Part shown: positions 25,713 through 38,881 of the stretch, piece after piece | Position numbering within the stretch: position 1 is the stretch's first letter | How the letters are laid out: every line of letters begins with the position of its first letter | Source of the DNA: Octopus sinensis | Lineage: Eukaryota | NCBI RefSeq assembly: GCF_006345805.1 | Contig: NC_043004.1 | Coordinates: 51,894,001 to 51,958,000 of the forward strand | Direction of reading: 5' to 3' | DNA: 64,000 nucleotides | Translations under genes and position numbers: made by a program | Notes under the pieces: generated by a model | The model's input: the letters and a program-made list of their open reading frames with translations, nothing else | Told to the model about the DNA's origin: nothing | Databases searched by the model: none

Positions 25713-25730
25713 CGTATATATATATATATA

Positions 25731-25909
25731 CAGTCGGCATGATAGATCGTTAGCCACTACGTGCATTTTTTCTCTCCTTGTTTCTCTCCTTTTTTCTGTG
25801 TCCCTTTCTGTAGAAGAGCGTGGGCTCGAAACGTAAAAGAGCGTTATACTAATACATCTGTTTGTTTTGTACACCACCTGTCTTCGTCTTTTGTTTTTTC
25901 GTCAACTCT

Positions 25910-25912
<3 letters not shown>
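25731..25912 (+). mobile_element. Short pseudo-LTR-like insert in (TA)n with hammerhead-like variant
   Basis: CTTT-CTGTAGA-A-GAGC(GTGG)GCTC-GAAA-CG-TA-AAAG at about 25804-25839; same family as 20811-21006. Confidence 0.65.
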
Positions 25913-25955
<43 letters not shown>

Positions 25956-26916
25956 TATATACCTATACAAGCTTTCGAAAGTGTTATTTTAACAATTCCA
26001 TTGCCGAGGTGTTCTGATTAGCTTTGTCTTTCTTCGTTCTGAAAACCTTAATTCATGAAGATTGGTGCTAAGGATTACGAGTATAAATCTAATCGTGTAT
26101 ACCTGATTAGGTTTTTAAATCTTTCAATGCCTCAGTGTAGGTGCTTTCTTGTTGCTGTTCGTTTACCTTTACGTTGACGTCAGTATGTGCCTCCTTCTGT
26201 CGGTGATTGCATGTACGTGTTTGTGTGTGTGTATGTGTGTGTGAGTGTTTTTGTGTTCCTGTCTCTGTGCTATTTCTACTATTAATCATTTGAAGTTTTC
26301 CTGCAAGAAAAATGCATGTTTATTAATAAAGATAACGAGCTCTGTCGTTGGACTGCAAATACATATCGTGTACACATGTATGCATATGTGAACGCGCGTT
26401 TGTGTCTTTATTTGCGAATGTATGGATTGTGTGTATGCCTGTATATATATATACATATATATATATTCATATACATGTTTGTGATTGTGTACCTTTGTTT
26501 ATGGAACGGGGAGGTCAATTTAATATTTCTTTTGGGAATTATTTTGCTTTCATCAAAATGTTGATAGAAGTTAATCAATTGAAAAACTTATGAGTTTTAA
26601 AACAAAACACACAAACATGCATACATGCATAAAGATACACCCACACATGTATGTATGTGTGTGTGTGTATATATCTATGTATATATATATATGCACACAC
26701 ATTAACACAGACGCATATATTGTATGAATGCGTGTATACATGTGAGTAATTATTTATATTATATATAAAAGAAAATTAATTAAAACCATGCAGAAAATCA
26801 GTAAAATGAATAAATATATGTTGGTAATGAATTTCACACCCACACATATTTAGCTGTACATATATATACGTGAGCATAATCGTGTATATTGAGTGATAAC
26901 ATATGCATCTACATAG

Positions 26917-27001
<85 letters not shown>

Positions 27002-28718
27002 TATACATACACTTACATCTATCCCCACGTGTACTTTTCAGACACATCAGGCTAATATTGAATGTAGATGCTCGCATAATTCACATCAACTAAGGCAAGC
27101 TGCATTCTACATTTAAATATCAACGAAGGAATCTTCTTTACCAGTTCAAAATAAATTCCTATAAATCTTGTAAAATATGTATCATGTGCAAACATAGAAA
27201 ATACACATTATAAATCGTAGTAATTTCAGTATAAAATGAACTACTTATGCTTTGGGAGTAGAATACCAATATATAAAGCCAAGCAATAATGTAACGAGTG
27301 TGGGGTAATGTTGCCGTTAATTGTATCAACGTTATAAATCTAACTCTGTTTTTATCCAGTTCGACAAGGTTCCAGTTCTTTCGGTCGAGTTATGGAAATT
27401 TCCTCGAGCAATTCTTAGAGTTATGCATGACGAAAGTGACTGATTTCAGTATAAACATGGAGTCGCTGTTACTTTATGGCGATTTCTACTGAGATAAGAA
27501 GCATGGCAATGTATTTTACAACGTATCTATGAAAAACTTTGACTGCACAGAGAAGTCGATTCTCAGTGATTTTAAATGTATATATACTTAAAAGTAAAGT
27601 GGAGGAACCAAACATCGGCATTTATAGAGACGATTGGTTCGTTGTAATAAATATAAGGAATAAATTTGACATAGATATATTTGAACTGTAACTCTGTTAA
27701 ACCTCTTCTTCCTCTCGGCCACATCTCGCTACACCACTTTCTCACCCTAACTTAGGTGACAGAAACCAGGAAGTTTGACAATTTTGTCACCCATGTATTT
27801 GCCACTGGCCACATTTTTGTCCTCTTACCGTTGTTCTCTTTAATCTTCAGTATTTTTACCTTTTCTCTTCCACCACTTTAATCTCCCTACCAATTTCTCT
27901 CTTACTCTTTGTGTTCCACTCACGTTACCTGATCCCACGATGAGAACTAGAATCTAAGCACCCTAACTAGCATCCACACGACAATTACGTTCGTAGTTGC
28001 GCAATAAAAATAATTCTCTGCGAACTTTAAATGATACGCCATAGTGAGCAGCAGTTCGTAGGAAGAGAAATTTTGCAATGGACTGCAATATGCGTAATCC
28101 ACACGGGAAGCGACGCACCGGAAGTTTTACCACATAAAACACCGCCACGGTTACCGCTATCTAACGACGGAAATTTAAGGTCCCCTAAGGGAATGGAGAT
28201 GCAACCCGTGAACTCCCACGCAACATTAGCAGCATAGATTCCTGACACTAGCCATAACATTATGCTGCACGCAGCCTTAGTTTGATATTTCATATTTCAG
28301 GACATAAATTTCTAGGAAATTCTTCGATATCTAATACAATATCAAGATCACTCTACCAGATAATTCGTGGTTTGCCAGCGTGCCGAGGATGTTATATCTG
28401 CACACTCATATCTGCTTTATCGCTACATGTTGAATACCTACATACACTTATGCTTGCCTCTATAGCAGAGAAATGAGAATAACAGCTCAGGATAGCACCT
28501 GAGCATTGCATTTCATGTATCATTTCCCCTCTGTGTATTCTTTCAAATCATTTACAATTTCTCCTCTTCAACATCAATAATAGTGACTGACTGGATACTT
28601 CTGCGCTGTTTCTTCAACTACTTTCGAAACACCTCCAAATTGATCCATGAAAACACCCCCCACACACACACATATGTGCGTGTATGTGTATGTGTATGTA
28701 TACATACATAGAAACACA

Positions 28719-28951
28719 TAAGGCGGCGAGCTGGCAGAAACGTTAGCACGCCGGGCGAAATGCTTCGCGGTTTTTCGTCTGCCGCTACGCTCTGAGTTCA
28801 AATTCCGCCGAGGTCGACTTTGCCTTTCATCCTTTCGGGGTCGATTAAATAAGTACCAGTTACGCACTGGGGTCGATATAATCGACTTAATCCGTTTGCC
28901 TGTCCTTGTTTGTCCCCTCTGTCTTTAGCCCCTTGTGGTCAATGAAGAAAT
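28719..28951 (+). mobile_element. SINE family B, full length
   Basis: AAGGCGGCGAGCTGGCAGAAACGTTAGC..GAGTTCAAATTCC..GTCCCCTCTGTCTTTAGCCCCTTGTGGTCAATGAAGAAATA. Confidence 0.9.
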
Positions 28952-29427
28952 AAAAAATATATACACAGATTTAGACATGTAAAAATGCACACATACTATG
29001 TACATATTAAATCTTTTTATCACCGGAGCCTGTCTATCGGTACTGGCATTACTATTGTTGCCATTATTATCATTCTTCTCAAGGCGGCATGCTGACGCGG
29101 TTGTTAGTACGCCGGACAAAATGCTCAGCAACATTTCGTCCGTCTTTACGTTATGAATTCAAATTCAGCCGGAAAGGACATTGCCTCTCATTCTTTCGGA
29201 GTCGATAAATTAAGTACCAGTGAAACCTCCTCCTCTTCCTCCTCCTCCCCTTCCTTCTCCTCCTCCTCATCCTCCTTGCCTCCTCCCGTCCCCCTCCTCT
29301 TTCTTCTTCTTCTTTGTTCCTCCATGTACATAAGCAACGTTAAACACATTTGTGACTAGCTGTATCGTAACAAAGTTGGATATGTGTTTGATAAGGTGTC
29401 AATCATACACACTTCAGCCATTGATAT

Positions 29428-30566
29428 ATTCTTTTATTCTTTTATATGTTTCAGTCCAAAGACTGTGGCCATGCTGGAGCACCGCCATTGTAATCATCTT
29501 TCCACTTTCCACCTTTGTCGGAGCGGCTTTTGGTGAAAGATGGAGTTCGATGCTACTGCCCTCTTTTGAGTTTCTTGCTTAGATATTGGCTCATCCGGGA
29601 TCTCGGCGAGCCAGAGGTCAGGTTCATGTTTGAAAACGTCTACATCCACTCCATGGAGGCTCCTCAGATCCTTCGGCAGACAGTTAAACAACTGTGGGCC
29701 CTTGAAACCCAAGCTATTGCAGTGCATCGTCCTTGCCTAGTATATCTCTTTATTCCAAAGTTTGGCACCAGTCTTTTCAGTATCTTCCATATATATATCA
29801 CTGCATACCTCTCCCGCCTCCGTTCCAGGGAATTATAGTCGCAGTTCTTTCAATCTGTCCCAGTAACTCAATCTTTCCATTGATGCAATTTTGTTTGTGT
29901 TATGTCGTTGGACTGTTTGAAGCTCTGCTATCGTCCTTGTAGTATAAGGTGACCAAAGCTGAGAGCAGTAGTCCAGTCGGCTGATGATAAATGACTTCCA
30001 TAGTGTTATCATAGTTTCTTGGTCCCTTGTCCGAAAGGTTCTCACTGCTACCATTTTGTTGATATGTGTGTGAAATGAGGCATTGTTGCTTATTTCTATT
30101 CCAAGATCACACACAGTATTTGATTCTGGGATCATTGCTCCACTTGGTCCAACGTACTGATGTCGTGATTCCTGAGCAGTGCTTAACTCGTAGCAGAGGG
30201 TCTGGAATTTACTTGCATTAAATTGCATGGTGTTATCCTCAACCCATGTATAGATGGCATCTAGATCTTTCTGTAATAGAGTAGCATCAGAGGTTTCCTT
30301 GACTGACTGTACGACTTTCGTGTTGTCTGCATAGCTGGTAAGCATGACTGCCTCTGTCATTGATGGCATATGCGATAGGGCTACCATGAAAAGCAGTGGC
30401 TTCAACACAGTGCCTTGGGGTACTCCACTCACTATTGGTGTCTCTGGAGAGAGGTCCGTTGGCTGCTACAGTTTGGAAATCATGCAGCCACTCTCCGACT
30501 TTACCTGTGATGCCGAGTCCCCGTATTTTGTGGCATATCATTCCATGGTCGATCTTGTCAAATGCC
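29428..30566 (-). mobile_element. CR1/L2/Jockey-group LINE, 5'-truncated, decayed RT plus 3' tail
   Basis: AFDKIDHG, SGVPQGTVL, YADN(D)TK, MQFNASK, RLDYCSQLWSP, GPQLFNCLP; tail GGCGGTGCTCCAGCATGGCCACAGTC..GACTGAAAC. Confidence 0.92.
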
Positions 30567-30956
30567 TATATTGGTACAAATATTATGCAATTCTTGAACG
30601 GAATGGCACTGAAACAATTGTAACCAATACCAAACTTAACACATATAAATATTATCGACTTATTTGAATTATGTTAAATACAAACCTACGTAGACACACA
30701 TTCGCATACACATACATTGTATGCGCATGTGAATAGTAGGCAAACAGATATGCACAAATATAAGGTTTGAGACGTCAGTTAAAAGTTCGCCTCTGGAAAT
30801 ATATTCAAAAAGAAACTTTGACTAAGCTACCAAAGAGAAAATTTGAAATCACGGATAAACTTTATAAATAACAAAATTAAGTCTTCCTTCAGGATTGAAT
30901 CCGATCATAAGTGAAAGTTTGCTGTTAGCTGTCACGAAACAACTATCTAACAAAAC

Positions 30957-30957
<1 letters not shown>

Positions 30958-31028
<71 letters not shown>

Positions 31029-31034
31029 ATATAT

Positions 31035-31076
<42 letters not shown>

Positions 31077-31098
31077 CTATATATATATATATCTATAT

Positions 31099-31173
<75 letters not shown>

Positions 31174-31191
31174 TATTTCTGTATATATATG

Positions 31192-31241
<50 letters not shown>

Positions 31242-31259
31242 TATTTCTGTATATATATG

Positions 31260-31303
<44 letters not shown>

Positions 31304-31330
31304 CATATACATATGCATATACATATACAT
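30958..31330. repeat. Long interrupted (TA)n microsatellite
   Basis: About 350 bp of TA repeat with a repeated GCATATTTCTGT interruption; source of the poly-YI ORFs. Confidence 0.95.
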
Positions 31331-31466
31331 ATATACGTATGTGTGTATATGTGTGTTTGTGTGTTAGCACGTATATTTACATCCATACATTCCTTCATGC
31401 ATACATGTATGTGTGCTTATATGTACACACACACACACACACACGCACACACACATACTCATACAT

Positions 31467-31497
<31 letters not shown>

Positions 31498-32184
31498 CAT
31501 CTATGTTTATCTGTCTATGCATAGTTATATACACACACACGTATTTACACATTTGCACAAACACGCATATATTTCTCGAAATGCATACATTTATATTAGA
31601 TATATTTATCGATCTATCGATCTGTTTTTATTGCGTCCGGGCTAAACAAATATTTTATCAATAACAGAACATTGTAACTTAATTTTTTCTGGAAGGAGGA
31701 AAACACTCGTCATAATCACTAATTGCTTCCCAACAGGTATGCTGTTTTATTCATCATTTAGCAATCAGTCTAATTGCTGCTGGACCCTCCTCCGCAATCT
31801 ACAAGTAGGCGGGTTCAATTCTCGTGAAAATTTAAAAGCTGATTACTTCTTTGTCTGGATTGTTATCGATTGTAATTTTCATTTTCTCTCTCTCTCTCCC
31901 CCCCTCTCTCTCTCTTTCACCCCCCACACACATCGATAGAAACACAGACACACACGCACATATCTATATGCAAGTATGAAATGTTGCATGTATGCAAATA
32001 TACATGTATTTATGTATATATGCATACATATTACATAGACAGATATATATTCACATACCTGTATACACATACACATACATATATGTATATATGTATATCT
32101 TTATATATATACCTATATATATAAAAATACTCATGTATGCATGTCCATGTGTCTCCATCGTTCTCTCTTTCTATATCTATTTAC

Positions 32185-32218
<34 letters not shown>

Positions 32219-32357
32219 GGCACTAAATAGACATACAGTATTATACATATATCATTATATATACATGTATATGCTTGTATAGATATATACGTATACTCAC
32301 GTATATGTATGTATGTATGTATATATATATATACTCACGTATATGTATGTATGTATG

Positions 32358-32388
<31 letters not shown>

Positions 32389-35300
32389 TATACATATATA
32401 TATATATACATGTGTGTGTGTATACACACATACAAGCACATATGCGCGCGCACACAGACACACATACATATACATCCATGTGTATTTATACGCGCAAAAC
32501 AGATAGTTTGCAGCAATTTCTAAAACTAATTGATTCTACGGCTGAATAAGTTTGCTTGGATATTAAATTATATATTCTCCACATTTGTTCATTATCATTA
32601 TATGTGCGACATATACGCACTTAAATGTTTATATATTTGTGTATGCATAATTAATATAAAAAAAAATAGCTAAGAGAAATAACTCAGAGACATCATTGCT
32701 CGTATATGAACGGCAAAGAAAGAGATGCAAATCAAAGACCATAAATTCTTGTTTTATTAAAAATATCTCTGCCTGTAGAAGTTGTATCACAGTTATCAAA
32801 TGGTGATAGAGATCGACACCATATGAGAAATGGAGATAATCTCAAGAATAAAGAATTCTCCAAAAAATTGGACATTCCATTGAGAATGGAAAGTTTATTG
32901 TGGAGAATGATGAGCACCTTTTCTTCCTCAATAGGGTCATCAGCATGACAATGGTTCTACCTTATCAGCTGCAGACTTACATAAAAATTCTAGCACACAA
33001 TTAAAACCAAGTTAATAATTTGGCTAAAATAAGCCATTGTCTCCAAACAATAAACCTGTCCTTTTGCTTAATATTATAAAATTCTCCGTGGCATTCTTTC
33101 CGACTCATGAAGTTGTAAGTTTAAATCCCTCAGGAGTCAACTTTACCGTTTATCATTTCAGGGTCTAATAGAGAAGTACCAGTCGATCACTAGGGGGTCT
33201 ATGTAATTAATTTAACCCTTACCCCGATCCTGCTGGCCGTGTGCCAAAACTTGAAACTAATATTAAGGGCGGTGAATTGTTAAAACCTTTAGAACGTCAT
33301 AATAACTGCTTTGCGGTATTTTTCCAATTCTTTACGCTTTGAGATCAAATCCATTCAAGCTCCACTTTATCTTTCATCCTTTCAGATCCGGTGAAATAAA
33401 GGATCAATCAATTACTGTGATCGATATAATCGATATAACCTTTCCCCCATGTTCCTGTCTTTATACCTCTGTAAGAAATCGTTGATAATGTTTATTCATC
33501 TAAACTCGTAACGTTTACAGAGATCCTATTTTTAGTAATTTATTCCAAGATTACTTGATGCTAAAATCCTCATAAAGTAAAAGAAAAGATATCCATGTTC
33601 ACTCGCAATAATAGGTTTGGAAAATTCTGGCAGATCATGTGTATCGGAATATATGGAGATTACTTGGCACCATGAACCCAATAAATGTTCTCCCACTTTA
33701 CAGAACCGGCTAGAGACACGGAACAGCAATTCCACTCTATCGTATTGTGGCGATATCCAAGACATGAAGCATTTGGCAAGGGGTGAGATTCCGTCAGAGA
33801 CAGTGAAAAAAGAACGAAGGGACAAAATTGAGACTAGTGAGGTGAAAGAGATCACTCATGAAGAAGCACCCGAAATAGTGACAGAAGCAATATGGAGTTA
33901 CTGACTTGATGTATGATAAGTAGAACATTGTACTGATTGGCCGGAGTGGCCGGCAGATACTTTCCAGACACCAAAATGGCGGGCATTTCCTGGAAACTAC
34001 ATCAAAATATCATCAACAACTAAAGTCGAATAGCCAAGAGAATGTGGATGTTCCGTATTTATTTTATTTATTTTATTTTATTTTATCTAGTTTCAGCTCA
34101 CGAGCTGTGGCCATGCTGGGGCACCGCCATTTAAAAAGAAAACAAGCAGACCAGCCACCGGATGCCGAAACCCGGAATATTAGTGAAAAGCTCGTGGGAA
34201 AATCCAGATATATCAATTTGCGGGCGGCGTTCGTTGTGTAAGTAGACCTACTCCTGAAGAACCCTGAATCCAGCTCGTTGGTGGTTTCTGACACTTTGTA
34301 GGAGTTTTATTTTTCTGATAAATTTCTAGCCAGTTGTGATGTTTTTTATTTCGATTTACCCAGTCCCTGTTAAATATGCACAATGGATATCTATTATCTC
34401 CACAGGTTTCGTAGCTCATTTGTTTCACACTTTTTGCAATATATGTATGGCACCGTGAAATCAATTAAGGAGAGGCTGTTATTATTGTTACTAGAGTGGT
34501 ACCATTATACAACGGGTTATTTTTTAGAATTATGCATTTTTCCACTAGGGATAATGTCAGGAAATATTGCATACAATAGTTTTAAATTATCTTTTATTAA
34601 AGTTATAGATGCTTCTACAAAATGATGATATGAATATTCGTCTTCAAAAGAATAATATCTATTACCTTAATATTAAATTGAATAAAACAAATTTCTTGTG
34701 TTTATAGCTGTTCCCGTAAATAGTCATTTCTTTCTTTGCCGCTATGATTCTTTCCTCCCACTCATCCTGCACCTCCTACGTTAACTTACCCTGTATCTCT
34801 TCTATACTTTTTGTTCCGCTCTCTATATTTTGTTAAGCGAAACCGGATAAACCAACCATGTTAATGTGTCTAGTGCCAGTGTCATGATCAAATGTACCGA
34901 GAACAATCTGTAAAGAATTGGTATTTGGAATGGCAGTCACGCATAGAAATCAGAACAAAAATTGGAAGTTAATGTGCGAACAAGTCTTGGTCCTCCAACA
35001 CCACAAGAAAACCAGCAACATTTAACGGGGAGATGCATTCGGACAATGAAGACACGACCAACGCATATCTGCATAGAAAAGTGGTCGTAACATGTTGATG
35101 ATGATAAAAATGATGATGAAAGTGGTGATAGTAATGATGATGATGATGTTACCGTAAGCATGGTTTTGGGAGATTTGTCTGTTGTTCTGGCTGGCTGATT
35201 GACCACTCAAAACAGAAATGTAAGCTCGTTCGTAATCGTTCATCAAGAGAAGGAGAGGAGAAGAGGGTGGGGTAGAAAGGCAGGGAAGACACGTGGTCAT

Positions 35301-35555
35301 GCGGACCTTTCTTCATCTCCAGAAGATGACATAGTTGCGGTTGAACTTTACTGGCATCATCAGTGTGTGTGCGCCTGTGTGTGTGAGTGTGCGTGTACAT
35401 AAGTGTGCATGTGTAAGTGTGTCTGTGAGTGTGTGTGACTGAAAAATGGAGAATTACACAGCTTTAATTAATATCTGCAAAATATAAAATGCCTCTGCTC
35501 GTTTCTGTTATGCAAGCGTTTAGGGATACTTAGAGCGATGGTTCTGTACACTGAT

Positions 35556-35927
35556 TACTCTTTTACTCTTTTAATTGTTTCAGTCATTTTGACTGCGGCC
35601 ATGCTGGAGCACCGCCTTTAATCGAGCAACTCGACCCCGGGACTTATTCTTTTGTAAGCCAGGTACTTACTCTATCGGTCTCTTTTGCCGAACCGCTAAG
35701 TAACGGGGACATAAACACACAGGGGGACAAACACAGACACGCATATATATATATATACATAAATACGACGGGCTTCTTTCAGTTTCCGTCTACCAAATCC
35801 ACTCACAAGGCTTTGATCGGCCCGAGGCTATAGTAGAAGACACTTGCCCAAGGTGCCACGCAGTGGGACTGAACTCTGAACCATGTGGCTGGCAAACACG
35901 CTACTTACCACACAGCCACTCCTGCGC
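35556..35927 (-). mobile_element. SINE family A
   Basis: Reverse complement of the 8435 family, with a small internal deletion. Confidence 0.9.
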
Positions 35928-36443
35928 CTGATTGGTTCATATTAAATCGACTATATTTTTTATGTAGATCAAAAGATGTATGGCAGCATTACATTTTCAA
36001 GGCATTCTCACTGAAAAGAATTTTACGTGAAATTCCTCGAAAGAACTCCAATTTACTAATCGAAGACGAGTACAACTATAATTGCATGCTCTTCACGTTT
36101 CGTAATGTTTCCTACTGGTCAATATAATTGATTTCAGGTAAGTTCACAGCCATTAATTCATCGTAGGAGAGTTCACCACCATCATTTCACTATGAAGGAA
36201 GTTCCCCGTGAAGAAAGTTCATCGAGAAAATATATCCATAGTTGCTCACCATTAATAGTTAAAAACTATTTTATTGAAAAAAAAAATAAAATAAGATAAA
36301 AGTAAAAACGAAAATAATGGAAATTAAATCGTGAATTGAGGACGGTGAATTTACTGGACACAGATATTATAATTAGCCAGGCTGGAATTAAAACAAAGTG
36401 CTTATAAAGTATCCGCCTGGATTGGGAAATCCTTATTCCTTTG

Positions 36444-36529
<86 letters not shown>

Positions 36530-36560
36530 GAAAGTTGGTTTGTGAAAGCACGTGGTTGAA

Positions 36561-36905
36561 TATATAGAAAATAGTAAAAAGTGAAAAAACTACAGAAGGC
36601 TTGTTTTAAAAGGTTAAAAAATATATATTTCAGTCAATATGTCTGAAGAATGTTATAATTTTTTTTCTTACAATGACATACTCACAAGTCAGTGGGCAGT
36701 TTAGCTTACTTGGTAAAGTACTTGACCAATAATCACAGGGGTGTGAATTTGCGTCTCATGGCTGGCTACTGACAAATTATTTCTTCTAAACTATGTCATT
36801 GTAAGAAAAAAATTTATAACATTCTTCAGACATATTGACTGAAATATATATTTTTTAACCTTTTAAAACAAGCCTTCTGTAGTTTTTTCACTTTTTACTA
36901 TTTTC

Positions 36906-36911
<6 letters not shown>
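36561..36911. mobile_element. Fold-back insert enclosing a tRNA-like sequence
   Basis: Near-identical 120-bp inverted arms 36561-36680 / 36792-36911 between microsatellites; the spacer holds a degenerate cloverleaf at 36694-36768. Confidence 0.8.
36694..36768 (+). pseudogene. Degenerate tRNA-like sequence (AAT at anticodon position, Ile-like)
   Basis: GGGCAGT/GCTGGCT acceptor-like stem, TAGCTTACTTGGTAAAG A-box/D arm, loop CC-AAT-AA; T arm/B box decayed. Confidence 0.5.
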
Positions 36912-36955
<44 letters not shown>

Positions 36956-36973
36956 ATATTATATATATATATA

Positions 36974-37020
<47 letters not shown>

Positions 37021-37139
37021 AAGACATGTGTGCTGACGGTGTTGCCATTCTCCATTCTCGAATGCACAAGTCGACATGTTGTTAGGCGAGGAAGCAGTTC
37101 TGTAGGTGTTTCAGCCCCTTCAACACACGTTGAAATAAA

Positions 37140-37285
37140 ACAAAAAGGAGCACTAAACATTTATATCTAATGTTATTACCTGTTCGAATATGCCACTCGT
37201 GTGTCGGACTTGTACGGACTTGCTATTGGCATATTCGAAATGGTAATAACATTGCATTTATACATATCAATGCTTAGCACTCCTA
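37140..37285. repeat. Older imperfect inverted repeat
   Basis: AATGTTATTACC..TTCGAATATGCCA / TGGCATATTCGAA..GGTAATAACATT plus outer AGGAGCACTAAACATT / AATGCTTAGCACTCCT. Confidence 0.65.
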
Positions 37286-37981
37286 CTACTTAATTTAAAC
37301 TTTTATAACATATGCAAATATATAGACAGACTCACTTACGTACACACACACATACTCACAAACACACACAAACACACACACACATACACACACATGCACG
37401 TATATATTATGTCACGACCCTCTCTTTGCTTGTAGCATATCTGACAAAATGACTGCGGAGCAAGTTTTCTTTTTCTTTTTTCTTTGCAAATGAAAGGTAT
37501 CGATCGGTTTGACTGCCCTGATACTTTCCTTGCAACATCAAAAGTTATTTGAAACGAACATTTGTAACAACGACTACAAAAACAAAAACAAAAACAAAAA
37601 AAAATCAACAACAACAAAACAATAACAAATGCAACAATTCCGACAATGGTAATGACGAAGATGATGATAAAATGGTAATGGCGACAACTGTTAGAATTGA
37701 CAAAGAAATTGATTGGATAAAAAGTTCTTTACCTTGGATTCGCCCTCCGCATCCATATTTAGGTAATCCGATTTGTGTTTGATAAAAGTAATAATCTCAA
37801 TTGATACGGAAGATGAAAATATTTGAACTTACCTGCAAATGAAAAAAAACAAGAAATGAATATATATATAAATAAATATAGAAATAGTACACTGATTTAC
37901 ACACACACACACGATATCATACTAATCATATTATATACATATGCGTACATATATTCATATATACATACATACATACATACA

Positions 37982-38017
<36 letters not shown>

Positions 38018-38054
38018 TATGTAAGTATATATGTATGTATATATGTATATATAT

Positions 38055-38351
38055 GGAGATGTACTTACATAGTGACTTGATCTGAGATCGTGTGCTGGAA
38101 TGATAACAATTGCAGCATGGAAGGTGTTTATAAGCCATTTAAGAAACACATAAAACCGTTAGATTCACTTCAACATTTAAATTTAATTTGTCAAAATATT
38201 TTCGTCGCTTTGAGACTGCGACCTGTTCACTGACAAAATTTCGTGCTGTGAACAGGTCGCGGTCTCAAAGCGACGAAAATATTTTGACAAATTAAATTTA
38301 AATGTTGAAGTGAATCTAACGGTTTTATGTGTTTCTTAAATGGCGAACACC
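38055..38351 (-). mobile_element. Young fold-back insert with G3-C8 hammerhead variant
   Basis: Arms about 38134-38230 / 38248-38345 with an unpaired extension leftward into microsatellite; rc 38240-38185 AATTTTGTCA-GTGAACA-G-GTCGC(9nt)GCGAC-GAAA-ATAT-TT-TGACAAATT. Confidence 0.75.
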
Positions 38352-38613
38352 AGTTGTGATATATAAAAAAAGGAAATGAAGAAAATGCTGACAAAATAAT
38401 TTAAGTAAGGGAGAGTGTATTTAATTAGGTGAAAGTTCTTTTTACCGGTTGCGCATATATATATATATATATACCCTCACACACACACACATATATATAT
38501 ATATGCATATATGTACACATGCGTATATTTATCTATATACATATATATATATATGTGTGTGTTTGTATGTGTGTGTGTGTGTGTGTGTTTGAGTGTGAGT
38601 GTGTACGTATGCG

Positions 38614-38843
38614 TAGGACAGGGTACTGAAAAGTATCTGGCTTTTGGTAAAAGAAGGAGAATTAGTTAATTATCGAGTTGTTAATTATGCTTTTATTCAA
38701 CATATTCTCCTCTCAGATTCATGAACCTAATATAGCAGTCCTTCAGTTTGTCTAAACCCTGAAAAGAACTCGGATGGTTGGGCATCCAACTGGACCCCTC
38801 CCGATACCTTTAAAGGCAGGAACGTTTCAGCACTCCTCGTGTA
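38614..38843. mobile_element. Mariner-like MITE remnant
   Basis: Degenerate TIRs (GGGTACTGAAAAGTATCTGGCTT / AAGGCAGGAACGTTTCAGCACTCCTCGTGTA) with TA ends. Confidence 0.55.

Positions 38844-38881
<38 letters not shown>

Noticed and set aside
27980-28260. CpG-richer patch with ACCGGAAGT (ETS-like) and TTGCGCAA (C/EBP-like) motifs
   Set aside because: Short motifs are expected by chance in 64 kb; no linked transcript start can be shown.
30895-32549. Many long overlapping ORFs (poly-YI, HT, CV), here and throughout the window
   Set aside because: Translations of (TA)n, (CA)n and (CATA)n repeats; not protein-coding evidence.
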